A stretch of 64,000 nucleotides of DNA, taken from positions 1,184,001 through 1,248,000 of the forward strand of contig JAXHLW010000013.1 in the NCBI GenBank assembly GCA_034521815.1, given 5' to 3'. Shown one piece after another: positions 1 through 12,723 of the stretch. The DNA comes from Trueperaceae bacterium. GTDB taxonomy: Bacteria; Deinococcota; Deinococci; Deinococcales; Trueperaceae. A program made the position numbers and the translations under genes. Under the pieces are notes generated by a model. It saw nothing but the letters and a program-made list of their open reading frames with translations. It did not search any database and was not told where the DNA came from. The stretch's first letter is position 1. Each line of letters begins with the position of its first letter.

Positions 1-525
1 GAGATCTCGGGCGCGATGCTGGCCGACGCCGGGGCGAGCCACGTCATCGTGGGCCACTCCGAGCGCCGCGCCTACCACTTCGAGACCGACGACCTGGTCC
101 GCGACAAGATCGCCGCCGCACGCCGCAACGGCCTCGTCCCGATCCTCTGCATCGGCGAACACGAGGAGGACCGGGACGCAGGCGACGCCGAAGCGGTCGT
201 ATTGGCGCAGCTGCGTGCGGCCCTCGACGGCATCGAGCTGAGCGGGCCCGACGAGCTGGTCGTCGCGTACGAGCCGGTGTGGGCGATCGGCACCGGACGC
301 ACCGCCACCGCGGACGACGCCCAAGCGATGTCGGCCGCGATCCGGGACGCCGTCCGAAACGACCGTCCCGAGCTCGCGGACGGTCTTCGCATCCTCTACG
401 GCGGCAGCATGAAGCCCGGCAACGCCGCCGAGCTGCTGGGCCGTGACGACGTCGACGGCGGCCTGATCGGCGGCGCCAGCCTGGACGCCGACGCCCTGCT
501 GGCGATCACCTCGGCAGCGACGTGA
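1..525 (+). CDS. tpiA: Triosephosphate isomerase (5'-truncated by window edge)
   Basis: Motifs [25 protein letters not shown] and [10 protein letters not shown]; frame is open from base 1. Confidence 0.97.
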   Translation, partial: EISGAMLADAGASHVIVGHSERRAYHFETDDLVRDKIAAARRNGLVPILCIGEHEEDRDAGDAEAVVLAQLRAALDGIELSGPDELVVAYEPVWAIGTGRTATADDAQAMSAAIRDAVRNDRPELADGLRILYGGSMKPGNAAELLGRDDVDGGLIGGASLDADALLAITSAAT

Positions 526-1583
526 CCGAACGGCTGCAGCGCGTCCGCGCGGCGATGGAGGAACGTTCGCTCTCCGCGATGCTGGTCACCACGCCGGCCA
601 GCGTCCGTTGGCTCTCGGGCTTCACCTCCCCCGAGGACGCTCGTGTGCTCGTCACCCGGCACGACGCCTGGCTGCTGACCGACGGTCGCTACGTCGCTCA
701 GGCCGACGACGAATCCCGCCTCGAGACGATCATCGAACGCGACTGGATGGGCGAGGTCGCCGCCCGCGTCCGCAGCGGCCCGTTGGGCGTCGAGGCCGAG
801 CACCTGACCCTCGCCGCAGCGTCGACGCTGGCAGGCAAGCTGGGGCACGAGCCCGTCCGCACCGAGGGGCTCGTGTCGCGCCTCCGTCGCGTCAAGGACG
901 CCACCGAGATCGACGCGATCCGTCGTGCGGCCACCCTGACCGACCGCGCGTACGAGCACGCGCTCGGCGCGCTGCGACCCGGCGTGCGCGAGGTCGAGAT
1001 CGCGCTCGAGATCGAGCGGTTCGTCCGCACGAACGGCGGCGACGGAATGGCGTTCGACGTCATCGTCGCCTCGGGACCCCGCAGCGCCATGCCGCACGGG
1101 ACGGCGTCCCCGAAACCGATCGAGGAGGGCGAGCTCGTCACGATCGACATGGGCGCTCGCGTCGACGGCTACTGCGCCGACATGACGCGCACCGTCGGCG
1201 TCGGCGAGGTCGCAAGCGCCCACCGCGAGCTGTTCGAGGCCGTTCTCGAAGCCGAGTGCGCCGCGTTGGCCGAGGTACGGCCCGGCGCCCACGGCAAGGA
1301 TCTCGACGCTGTCGCACGCGACGTTCTCACGGCTCACGGCCTCGGCGAGGCCTTCGCCCACTCGCTCGGCCACGGCGTGGGGCTCGACGTGCACGAAGGC
1401 CCTGCACTCTCCTCGAAATCGCAAGACGAGCTGGCCGCCGGCATGGTCGTCACCATCGAGCCCGGCGCGTACCACCCCGGCGATGCCGGCGTGCGGATCG
1501 AGGATCTCGCCGTCGTGACCGACGACGGCCACGAGGTCCTGTCGGCCTCCCCGAAGCAATGGCGCACCATCGAACCCGACTGA
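522..1583 (+). CDS. Xaa-Pro aminopeptidase/dipeptidase (M24 family)
   Basis: Creatinase-like N-terminus (LLTDGRY); M24 metal motifs [41 protein letters not shown] overlap with tpiA stop. Confidence 0.93.
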   Translation: MTERLQRVRAAMEERSLSAMLVTTPASVRWLSGFTSPEDARVLVTRHDAWLLTDGRYVAQADDESRLETIIERDWMGEVAARVRSGPLGVEAEHLTLAAASTLAGKLGHEPVRTEGLVSRLRRVKDATEIDAIRRAATLTDRAYEHALGALRPGVREVEIALEIERFVRTNGGDGMAFDVIVASGPRSAMPHGTASPKPIEEGELVTIDMGARVDGYCADMTRTVGVGEVASAHRELFEAVLEAECAALAEVRPGAHGKDLDAVARDVLTAHGLGEAFAHSLGHGVGLDVHEGPALSSKSQDELAAGMVVTIEPGAYHPGDAGVRIEDLAVVTDDGHEVLSASPKQWRTIEPD

Positions 1584-1647
1584 ACGGCACGACGGCCACG
1601 TTGTCGGCCTCCGCGCCCCCGCCCTCGGCTACCCGGAAGAGGTGTCC

Positions 1648-2638
1648 ATGAACGCACGAACCGTTTCGATCCTCGCCGCATCGCTCTTGCTCGTCCTGCT
1701 TCTCGCCGCTTGCGGCGATCCAGGTCGCGCCACCGCCCTCGAGGCGCAGCGCGACGAGCTCCAGGCGCGCGTGACCAGCCTCGAGTCGACGGTCCAGGAG
1801 CTCGAGACGTCCCTGTCCGACGCGCGAGCGACGGCCGACGAGGTCACGTCCGAGCGCGACGCGCTGCAAGACCAGGTGGATCGCTTGGAAACGGTCGCCT
1901 CCTCGCTCCGCGAAGGCCAGGAGAGCGATCTCGAGGCGCAGCTCGCGCTGATCGAGGGCCTGCTGTCGCGGGCGCAGCAGGACGTGACCGCGCTGACCGG
2001 TCGCCAAGGCGTCCTGCGCGACCGCCTCGGCCTGCCGGAGGCGACCGATGACGCTGGCGAGGCCGACACCGTGGATGCGGATCCGAGCGAGCCGACCGAG
2101 CGGGACTCCGAGCCCGACTCCGAGCCCGCCGAACCCGAATCCGAAACGGAATCCGACTCCGCCGCCGACTCGGCGCCCGCAAACGAGGACGTCCCCTCCG
2201 GCGGTGACGAGCAAGCCCCAGGTGACGAGCAAGCTCCGGGTGACGCGCCAGCGCAAGGCGACGACGTCGAGCCTGCCGAGGACGCTGCCGCGGAGGACGG
2301 CGCCGCGGAGGACGGCGCCGCAGAGGACGGTGCCGCAGAGGACGGTGCCACAGAGCCGGCGGAAGACGATGGCGACCTGCCCGCAGAGGATGGCGAGGCA
2401 GAGGATTCGACCGACGAGCCGACGACCGCGCCCACGACCGAGCCCACGACCGAACCCTCGACCGAACGCTCGACCGAAACGGCGGACGAGCCCACGGATG
2501 ACCACGGACGAGCCCACGGACGAACCCACGGACGAACCGACGGACGAGCCCGCCGACGAGTCGATCCAGGAGAACGAGCAGGACCAGGAACCCGCTCCCG
2601 GCGACGAGGAGTCCGAGACGGTGCCGATGGGCGCCTGA
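1648..2638 (+). CDS. Putative lipoprotein: coiled coil plus acidic low-complexity repeat tail; apparent 2-nt frameshift near 2500
   Basis: GAAGAGG before ATG 1648; signal peptide with lipobox LAA|C; heptad-like segment; AAEDG/TTEP/DEPT repeats; the DEPT frame continues in ORF 2048..2638 to TGA 2638. Confidence 0.7.
2287..2346 (+). repeat. 15-bp tandem repeat x4 (GCCGCRGAGGACGGY, AAEDG)
   Basis: Directly visible tandem units within the lipoprotein gene. Confidence 0.9.
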
Positions 2639-2669
2639 CCGCTCGGCGGGGGACGGGTACGATGGCGTC

Positions 2670-3473
2670 ATGTCCCACGGCCCGCCTCACGCCACGCCTT
2701 CCGCACGGCTTCCCTGGATCGTGAAGTACGGCGGCAACGCCATGACCGACGACGCGACGCGGAAAGCCACCGCCGCGGCGCTAGGGCGGGCGCAGCGCGA
2801 TGGCGCCCGCATCATCGTGGTGCACGGTGGTGGCCCTGCCATCGCCGAGGCCTTGGCCGCGACAGGCATCGACAGTCGGTTCGTCCGCGGCCGCCGCGTG
2901 ACCGAGCTGGCCGCCATGCCCGTGGTCGAGGCCGCCCTCACCCTGCTGGGCAAACGCCTTGCCCAAGAGATCGGAAACGCCCTCGGCCTCACCGGCCGAG
3001 ACGCCGAGCTGCTCCGCGCCGAGGTGTCCGACCCCTCGCTCGGGCGGGTCGGACGCATGACCGGCGTGCGCACCGACGTGCTTCTCGATCTGCTCGCGGC
3101 CGGCATGACGCCGGTGCTGGCCTGCCTGGCCGTCGACGACGAAGGCGAGCCGCTCAACGTGAACGCCGACGAGGTGGCGGGGGCCGTCGCCGGCGCGATG
3201 GCGGCGCCCGTGGCCTACCTCACCGACGTCCCAGGGGTTCTCGACGATCCGGCCGACCCATCGACGGTGTTGCCGACCCTGGACGCCGACGAGGCGCGAG
3301 CTCGCATCGCCGACGGCCGCATCGGCGGCGGCATGATTCCGAAGGTCGAATCCGCTCTCGACGCCCTGGCGCAGGGAGCGCCATCGGCGTCCATTCTCGA
3401 CGGCCGACGTCCCGACCTCGTGCAAGACGCGATCGAAGGCCGTTCGGGCACGCGCCTCGTCCCGAGCGTCTGA
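2670..3473 (+). CDS. argB: Acetylglutamate kinase
   Basis: IVKYGGNAM, VVHGGGP, GRRVT, NVNADEVA, LTDVPGV, GGMIPKV; TACGAT 6 nt upstream of ATG. Confidence 0.93.
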   Translation: MSHGPPHATPSARLPWIVKYGGNAMTDDATRKATAAALGRAQRDGARIIVVHGGGPAIAEALAATGIDSRFVRGRRVTELAAMPVVEAALTLLGKRLAQEIGNALGLTGRDAELLRAEVSDPSLGRVGRMTGVRTDVLLDLLAAGMTPVLACLAVDDEGEPLNVNADEVAGAVAGAMAAPVAYLTDVPGVLDDPADPSTVLPTLDADEARARIADGRIGGGMIPKVESALDALAQGAPSASILDGRRPDLVQDAIEGRSGTRLVPSV

Positions 3474-3624
3474 GCGTCTCCCGAGCGTCCGGGCCTCTCC
3501 CGAGCCGGGCCCGGGGCACCGACGAGCCGCGCTGCACGCGATCTCCGTGTCGGTGACCGGTGTCACGGCGCATGGGAAGAAACTCCACAACGCATCCCTG
3601 TGACGTCTGATACACTGCTCGCCG

Positions 3625-4806
3625 ATGTGTCCTCGCCGATTCCTTCTCGTCGTAGCCACGATCCTCGCATCGGGGGCGGTCGCTGAGAGCGTGACGGTCC
3701 GCCCAGGCGACACGTTATGGGCGATCGCTCAACGCAACGGAACGACCGTGGACGCGCTCATGGCCGCGAACGGCCTCTCCCGCCCGGACCTTCGTCCGGG
3801 CGAAACGTTGGCGCTTCCCGGCGACGACGCGCCGGCACCGGAGATCTGGACCGTCTCCGCGGGCGACACGCTCTACGACATCGCCACGGCGACCGGCACC
3901 AGCGTCGACGAGCTCGTGGCGTGGAACGCTCTGAACGGTGCCACCATCCGTCCTGGGCAGGAGCTGCGCCTCGGCCCCTCCAACGCCGCAGCCGAGCTCC
4001 GACCGCTCACGGTCGAGGTGCGCCCCGGCGACAGCCTGTGGCGAATCGCCCGAAGCCACGACACGACGCCGGCCGCCATCGCGACGGCGAACGGCATCGA
4101 CGCAAGCGCGGTCCTTCAGCCCGGGGACCGGCTGGTCGTGCCGGGGGTGTACGCCCAGGCCGACTCGCCCAGCGACCAGGGCGGGTTCGCCGCTCCCACC
4201 ATCACCGTGGACCCAGGCGACACGCTCTGGGAGATCGCGCGGCGCTACGACACGACCGTGGCCGCGTTGATGGAGGCGAACGCGTTGAGCGATCCGGCGC
4301 TCCAGGCCGGCCAAGAGCTCGAGATCATCGGCGCCGATGGCATCGCCACGTCGGCATCGCCGACCGCGACGATCCCCCGGCCCGACCCGAGTCCGTCGCA
4401 GGCGGCCCCGACGACCATGATCTGGCCGCTTCGGGGACCGGTCACGTCGACGTTCGGCTGGCGCGCGCTCCGCATCGGTGGATCGAACATGCATTACGGC
4501 GTCGACATCGACGGGGTGACGGGCGACCCGATCGTCGCCGCGTCCGGCGGCACCGTGACGTACGCGGCGTGGATGGGCGGCTTCGGAAAGCTCGTGATCA
4601 TCGAGCAGGGCGACACCGAGTACTACTACGCGCACGCGTCGGAGATCCTCGTGCGCGAGGGGCAACAGGTCGAGACCGGTCAGCTGATCGCGCGGGTCGG
4701 GACGACCGGCCGCGTCACCGGATCGCACCTCCACTTCGAAATCCGTGTCGACGGCACACCGGTGGATCCGACGCCCATGCTCGCGACGCGGGCCGGCGTT
4801 CGCTGA
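3625..4806 (+). CDS. Secreted 4xLysM + M23 peptidoglycan endopeptidase
   Basis: Signal peptide; four LysM repeats (GDTLW/GDTLY/GDSLW/GDTLW); M23 zinc motifs HYGVD and HLHFE. Confidence 0.93.
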   Translation: MCPRRFLLVVATILASGAVAESVTVRPGDTLWAIAQRNGTTVDALMAANGLSRPDLRPGETLALPGDDAPAPEIWTVSAGDTLYDIATATGTSVDELVAWNALNGATIRPGQELRLGPSNAAAELRPLTVEVRPGDSLWRIARSHDTTPAAIATANGIDASAVLQPGDRLVVPGVYAQADSPSDQGGFAAPTITVDPGDTLWEIARRYDTTVAALMEANALSDPALQAGQELEIIGADGIATSASPTATIPRPDPSPSQAAPTTMIWPLRGPVTSTFGWRALRIGGSNMHYGVDIDGVTGDPIVAASGGTVTYAAWMGGFGKLVIIEQGDTEYYYAHASEILVREGQQVETGQLIARVGTTGRVTGSHLHFEIRVDGTPVDPTPMLATRAGVR

Positions 4807-4818
4807 CCGGGCGACTTC

Positions 4819-5595
4819 GTGCGCATCGTCGTCATCGGAGATCTCCATACCCAAGAGGCCAAGCTCTGGCGGATGATGGACGAGGCGGGCTTACGAGCGC
4901 CCGACGGCGGCCCGGCCGACGACCTGCTCGAAGGACGGCTCAAGCTGGTCCTTCTCGGCGACCTGGTCCACGCGAAGTCACGCGAGCAGTACGCGTTTCT
5001 CGCCGGGGTGGAAACGTACGACGAGTTCGATCCGAGCCACCTCCGCCGCGCCGAGCGTAGTCAGGAGACGTTCCTACGGCGCGTCGCGGCCTTCCTCGCG
5101 CCCGTCCCCGACGGCATCGCGACGATCCTGCTGGGCAACCACGACTACAACGCCGTTTCGCGCACGCAAGGTCCGCTTCGAAGCGACGACGTGAGTCACC
5201 TCGAGTGGAAGCCCGGGTACGGCAGCGAGCTGCCGGAGGACCTGGCCGCCTGGATCGCCTCCTGGCCCCGTGAGATCGTGGTGGACGGCGTGCACTTCGC
5301 TCACGTCGGACCGAAGCCGGAGCACAACGTGTACGACACGTCGTTCTACCTCGAGAACCGTCGACGCTGGATCTACGACGACGTCGACGTGCTCGAGGGA
5401 ACGCCCTACCGCCTAGGCGTCTACGGACATACGCCGGTGCGTGGTGGATTGAATCTAGCCTCGCAAGGCCGCGCTCTGCTCCTCGACGGCAACGGCCACC
5501 AGGACGAGTACGTCTGGTGCGAGCTCGATACCGGCGCGGAAGGGATCCGCGTGCAGCTGCGCGGCCTGGTGTTCGACGAGACGCTGCCCAGCTGA
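4819..5595 (+). CDS. Calcineurin-like metallophosphoesterase
   Basis: GDLH, LGDLV, GNHD, H and GHT motifs in canonical order. Confidence 0.85.
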   Translation: MRIVVIGDLHTQEAKLWRMMDEAGLRAPDGGPADDLLEGRLKLVLLGDLVHAKSREQYAFLAGVETYDEFDPSHLRRAERSQETFLRRVAAFLAPVPDGIATILLGNHDYNAVSRTQGPLRSDDVSHLEWKPGYGSELPEDLAAWIASWPREIVVDGVHFAHVGPKPEHNVYDTSFYLENRRRWIYDDVDVLEGTPYRLGVYGHTPVRGGLNLASQGRALLLDGNGHQDEYVWCELDTGAEGIRVQLRGLVFDETLPS

Positions 5596-5604
5596 CAGTC
5601 GACC

Positions 5605-7512
5605 TCAACGCAGCTCGACCGTCGCACCTTGCGGCACGAACGCCGCCCAGGTCACCAGCGCCTCGAGCGAGACGACGTTCCCGTCACCATCGGTGAACCG
5701 AAGCCCCCCGTCGACGCTCCAGCTCCCCTCCATCACGGCGCCCCGCCAGAGCAGCAGCGCCTCTCCGCCGCTCACCGGAATGTACAGACGACCAGCCGCG
5801 TCGTTCGGGATCGCGCGTGACGCGACGCGGGCGATCAGCACCGCTTCGACCTGCACCGCCGTGTCCGACGCCGACACGGCGTCTTCTCCGTTCCGGATCC
5901 AGCGGTAGCGGTCCTGGGCGTCCACGTACCTGAACCCGGAGTCGTACGCGCCGCTCCAGTCGATCGCGACGCCGCCCGCCCGCGGCACCTCCTCGGCCGG
6001 CGGCACCGGGCGGAATCCGGTCAGCAGCCGCTGCGCGTCGATGTTCATCGTCCGGATGGCGGCCCGAAGGGCCGAGCCTGCGCTGTACAGATCGTACGGG
6101 GCCGAGCGATCGGCCGCACGCTCGAACAGGTCGCCACGCCGGTACGAGTTCAGCGACGGCGCCATGCCCTGCTCGAGCGCGATGAGCGCGCTGGGCGACC
6201 CGCCGTCGTGCACGACGACGGCGTCGGCCCTGGCCGCGACTTCGACGAAGTAGTCGCGCGCGCTCCGGACCGGACCCACGCGAGCCGGCTCGCCCGCGTC
6301 GAAGAACGCCATCAGGCGGGTCGACCCGCCCTCGACCGGCATCTCGGCGATCCAGCTGGCTTGGGGGAGGCCGGCCTGCGGATAGCCGAGCGCGTTGTCG
6401 ATGATGACGGCGAGCGGCCGTGGACGCGTCTCGCGCAGCGGAGGCGGGGGCGCCGAGAACGAGCCTCCGCCGCCCTCCCGACCGTCCGGCGACGCGGCGC
6501 GACCCAGGGCGCCTGCAGCAGCGTCGTCCGGACCCCCAGGCTGACCGGACGTCGCCGCGTCGCCGCCTGCGGGGGCGTTCTCGTCCGGGACGTTCGCCGC
6601 CGCACCGGGACCGGGGTCGGGCGGTACCACCCGCACGGCCGCCTGGACCGCCGGCGACGGCAGGCGACGCAAGGCGCGGACACCCGCGTCGGGCGCGACA
6701 CCGAGCGCGCGGGCGTCCCCGGCGTCCGCACGGACGGTCGGCGCGACCAGGCTGCGGCCGTCCACCGCGCCCACGACGGCTTCCCTCACCGCGACCGAGC
6801 GCGCCTGAGGAGCGGTGGCGCTGGGCTCGGGGACGGTCAATCCACGTGACGCCAACGCCTGGACGCTGGCCGTGGGCCTGGCGAGGTCACGCGACTCCGC
6901 ACGGACCTCGGGCGCCGAACGGGACAGTGCGACGGCGCCTCCGGCGGGCCGTGCCGATGGCGATGGGATGGGCAGCGTCTCGGGCAACGGCCTGGGAGCG
7001 ATCTCGGGGCTCTCGATCTCCGGCACCGCCACGGTCACGTCGGGCGCCGGCGAGGGCAGGGTCGCTTCCGGAGGGCGCACGTTGGGGGTCGGGACGTCGA
7101 CCGGCGTGGTGGCGACGGGCGGCTCGGGCGTCTCGGGCTCGGCGACGTCCTCCTGCTCCGGTCGCGGCGGAGCGGGAGGCTCGGCCTCCGTCGTCGGCTC
7201 GGAGACGGGCTCGCCCCCGGTCGGCTCGTCGACCTGCGGCGTCCCCGGCACGGGCCTGCCCGCGACGTCGGCGGCGACCTCCGGCGCCGGGGCGTCGGCG
7301 GCCGGAGCGTCGTCCGCGGCAGCGGGCATCTCCACATCGGCCTCGGCGGGCGTGCCCAGGTCGATCACGAGGAACGACTCCTGCGGCTCCCTGTCGGGCA
7401 GATCCACGTCGACCCACAGCACGAGAACCAGGACCAGGACCGCATGCACCAACAGCGACAGCGCCGCCGCGCGTCGCTGGTCGGGATCGGCCCAGACCCG
7501 GCGGCGGCTCAT
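5605..7512 (-). CDS. TonB/TolA-like N-terminal anchor + Pro/Ala-rich stalk fused to C-terminal DUF3048 (YerB-like) domain
   Basis: TM helix with SLLVH (SxxxH); long Pro/Glu/Ala-rich linker; C-terminal RPLAVIIDN...PQAGL...EMPVEGGSTRLMA...GPVRSAR.YF...HDGGS matching DUF3048 signatures. Confidence 0.75.
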   Translation of the reverse strand: MSRRRVWADPDQRRAAALSLLVHAVLVLVLVLWVDVDLPDREPQESFLVIDLGTPAEADVEMPAAADDAPAADAPAPEVAADVAGRPVPGTPQVDEPTGGEPVSEPTTEAEPPAPPRPEQEDVAEPETPEPPVATTPVDVPTPNVRPPEATLPSPAPDVTVAVPEIESPEIAPRPLPETLPIPSPSARPAGGAVALSRSAPEVRAESRDLARPTASVQALASRGLTVPEPSATAPQARSVAVREAVVGAVDGRSLVAPTVRADAGDARALGVAPDAGVRALRRLPSPAVQAAVRVVPPDPGPGAAANVPDENAPAGGDAATSGQPGGPDDAAAGALGRAASPDGREGGGGSFSAPPPPLRETRPRPLAVIIDNALGYPQAGLPQASWIAEMPVEGGSTRLMAFFDAGEPARVGPVRSARDYFVEVAARADAVVVHDGGSPSALIALEQGMAPSLNSYRRGDLFERAADRSAPYDLYSAGSALRAAIRTMNIDAQRLLTGFRPVPPAEEVPRAGGVAIDWSGAYDSGFRYVDAQDRYRWIRNGEDAVSASDTAVQVEAVLIARVASRAIPNDAAGRLYIPVSGGEALLLWRGAVMEGSWSVDGGLRFTDGDGNVVSLEALVTWAAFVPQGATVELR

Positions 7513-7515
7513 GGC

Positions 7516-7920
7516 TCAGCCGCCCGCTGCGATCGCCACGCGCGTCGCGCCGGCACGCTTGATCGCGTCCATGACCCGGACGGTCAGCCCGTGCGTGACG
7601 CTCTGATCGGCACGAAGCACGACCACGGCGGACTCCTGGTCACGCAGCAACGCCTGCAACGCAGGAACCAGCGACGACTCGTCGACCTCGGTCCCCGCGA
7701 GGTAGATCCTCTCGGACGCGTCGATCGTGACGGTCGGCAGACTCGTCGACTGCGCCTCCGCCGACGACGCTTGCGGCAGATCGACGGGAAGGCCCGTCTC
7801 GAGCGTGATGAAGGTGGTCGAGACCATGAAGAAGATGATCAGCAGGAACACCACGTCGACCATCGGCGTGAGGTCCAGGATCGGCGACAGCCGGGCACGG
7901 CGCGACCGACGCCCGCGCAT
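7516..7920 (-). CDS. exbD: ExbD/TolR family biopolymer transport protein
   Basis: LTPMVDVVFLLIIFFMV with the essential Asp, VDLP, VVLRAD...VMDAIKRAG; ATG overlaps the exbB stop (TGATG). Confidence 0.92.
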   Translation of the reverse strand: MRGRRSRRARLSPILDLTPMVDVVFLLIIFFMVSTTFITLETGLPVDLPQASSAEAQSTSLPTVTIDASERIYLAGTEVDESSLVPALQALLRDQESAVVVLRADQSVTHGLTVRVMDAIKRAGATRVAIAAGG

Positions 7921-8588
7921 CAGCGCGGCTCCGCGACGTCCTCGGACGGAGCGGCGTCGCCGCGCCCGGTTCCCTCGCGCCGCGTCGCGACCGCTTGAAC
8001 GACCTCGCCCATCAGCTCCTCGCGACGGCGCTCGACCTCGAGCAGGATTCCGTCCACGCGACTCGAGAGCACGTTCTGGCCGATCAGCGCGGGGATCGCG
8101 ACGATCAGGCCGGCCGCGGTCGTGACCAGCGCCTGGCCGATCCCGTCGGCCAACGCCGCCGGATCGCCCGTGCCCTGCTGAGAGATTTCGGCGAAGGCGA
8201 TGATCATCCCTGTCACGGTACCGAGAAGGCCCATCAACGGCGCGATCTGGGCGACGGTCGCCAGCGGACGCAGCCCCCGAGCGAGCTCCTGCTCGAGCTC
8301 GAGGCTGGCCTCCTGGAACGCCGCCTCGACCGCGGAACGCCCGTACGGAAGACGCGTGAGGGCTGCGCCCAGGACGCGCGCGACCGGGCCGCCGTGGGCT
8401 TCGCACGCTGCGAGAGCGGTGTCGAGATCGCGCTCGCGCACCGCCGCGTTGACGCGGCTCATCAGCCGCTCGCTGTCGGTGCGCTCGCGCGACAGCTTGA
8501 TGAACCTCGCCAGGAACACGTAGAGCGCGTAGAGCGATACCGCCACGATCGCAACCAGGACGGGGCCGCCACTCAGGATCAGATCCAT
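7920..8588 (-). CDS. exbB: MotA/TolQ/ExbB proton channel family protein
   Basis: APLMGLLGTVTGMI.AF and GIGQALVTTAAGLIVAIPA; RBS GGAGAGG upstream. Confidence 0.92.
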   Translation of the reverse strand: MDLILSGGPVLVAIVAVSLYALYVFLARFIKLSRERTDSERLMSRVNAAVRERDLDTALAACEAHGGPVARVLGAALTRLPYGRSAVEAAFQEASLELEQELARGLRPLATVAQIAPLMGLLGTVTGMIIAFAEISQQGTGDPAALADGIGQALVTTAAGLIVAIPALIGQNVLSSRVDGILLEVERRREELMGEVVQAVATRREGTGRGDAAPSEDVAEPR

Positions 8589-8646
8589 GCCTCTCCCCTC
8601 ACATAAGGAGCGTACGCGCGACCGGACTGAGCGGCATGAGAGCCGA

Positions 8647-11382
<2,736 letters not shown>

Positions 11383-11392
11383 GGCCGGCATC

Positions 11393-12178
11393 CTACCGCG
11401 GGTCGTCCGCGTCGCCCTCCTCGGTCCATTGGATGCGTCGGATCGTGCGCGCGCGGGCACCCTCGATCTCGATCGCGACGGCGCAGACCGTGGCCGGACC
11501 GTTGGCGGGGCGGAAGCGCTTGGGCGTCTTGCGTGTGAACCGGTGATGCACCTCTTCGAACCCCATGCCGATCGACGACGCCTGCACCCCCGTCATCCCC
11601 ACGTCGGTGATGTACGCCGTTCCCCGCAGGATCGTCTCGTCCGCCGTCTGCACGTGCGTGTGCGTCCCGATGGCCGCCGCCGCCCGACCCGCGGCGTGCC
11701 AACCGAGCACCTTCTTCTCGCTGGTCGCCTCGGCGTGCACGTCGATGATCACCGGATGATCGCTGCCCACACGCTCGAACAGATCGTCCATGGCGCGGAA
11801 CGGATCGTCGAGAGGGTCGATGAACACGCGGCCCATCACCTGCGCGACGGTGATCCTCTCCCCGCCAGGCAGCGTGAACGTAGCGGCGCCCAGACCCGGG
11901 GTTCCGGGCGGGTAGTTCAGCGGACGGATCAGGTGCTGGGTCTCCTCGAGCAGCTCCGCGGTCTCGGCCTGGTCGAAGGTGTGGTTCCCGAGCGTGACGA
12001 CGTCGGCACCGGCGTCCCGGAGCTGCTGGAAGTGCTTGCGCACGATGCCGAAGCCGCCGGCTGCGTTCTCGCCGTTGACGATCGCGAAGTCGTACTCGGC
12101 CCTCTTGGCGTGGAGGAACGCTCGCGCGGCCTTGAGGCCCGGGGTGGCGAAGACGTCGCCGACGAATAGAACGCGCAC
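11393..12178 (-). CDS. YmdB/TIGR00282 family metallophosphoesterase
   Basis: LFVGDV, NGENAAGGFG, TLGNH, RPLNYP, DVHAEATSEK, GTHTHVQTAD, YITDVGMTG. Confidence 0.92.
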   Translation of the reverse strand: MRVLFVGDVFATPGLKAARAFLHAKRAEYDFAIVNGENAAGGFGIVRKHFQQLRDAGADVVTLGNHTFDQAETAELLEETQHLIRPLNYPPGTPGLGAATFTLPGGERITVAQVMGRVFIDPLDDPFRAMDDLFERVGSDHPVIIDVHAEATSEKKVLGWHAAGRAAAAIGTHTHVQTADETILRGTAYITDVGMTGVQASSIGMGFEEVHHRFTRKTPKRFRPANGPATVCAVAIEIEGARARTIRRIQWTEEGDADDPR

Positions 12179-12231
12179 GCTACGAAGCGTACCAGCCGCT
12201 TGCGCCCAGGAGCCGGGTGGTAGCGTCGGGC

Positions 12232-12723
12232 ATGGAACGCTTCGACGCGATCGACCGGCGCATCCTCGCGATCCTCCGCGAGAACGGCCGTGCATCCCAC
12301 GCGTACGTCGCCAAGCAGGTCGGCCTCTCCGCTCCCGCCGTGGGCGAGCGGATCCGCAAGCTCGAGCAGGCCGGTGTCGTGACGGGCTACCGGGCGGTGC
12401 TGGCGCCCGAAGCGCTGGGCCTGCCGATCTGCGCCTTCGTGGCCCTCGCGCCGCGGCCGGGGACGGTGGTCGCCGAGCTGGTCGAGCGGCTGCTGGAGCT
12501 GCCCGAGATCGAAGAGCTCCACTCCGTGGCGGGAACGTACAGCTACTTCGCGAAGGTCCGCGTCGCGAGTCCGGAGAAGCTCGACGAGTTCCTCGACCGG
12601 CTGATGATGATGGAAGGCGTCGAGAGGACCGAGACCACCATGGTGCTACGTACCAGTGCCGAGCGGCCGGTGCCGCTTCCGTTCGACGCCGCCGCCCAGA
12701 GCCCGACGACCGGCTCGTCATGA
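12232..12723 (+). CDS. Lrp/AsnC family transcriptional regulator
   Basis: DAIDRRILAILRENGR HTH start, VGLSAPAVGERIRKLE, C-terminal RAM domain. Confidence 0.93.
   Translation: MERFDAIDRRILAILRENGRASHAYVAKQVGLSAPAVGERIRKLEQAGVVTGYRAVLAPEALGLPICAFVALAPRPGTVVAELVERLLELPEIEELHSVAGTYSYFAKVRVASPEKLDEFLDRLMMMEGVERTETTMVLRTSAERPVPLPFDAAAQSPTTGSS

Noticed and set aside
2500-2724. Arg-rich C-terminal extension of ORF 1642..2724 overlapping argB
   Set aside because: Out-of-frame reading after a 2-nt loss in a DEPT repeat; the acidic frame ends cleanly at 2638
11979-12719. Long N-terminal extensions in the ORF track (e.g. 11979 for the GNAT, 18084 for lipA, 35015 for glmM, 37041 for kynU)
   Set aside because: They overlap other real genes and have Arg/Pro-rich off-frame composition; downstream starts have coupling overlaps or TAnnnT boxes
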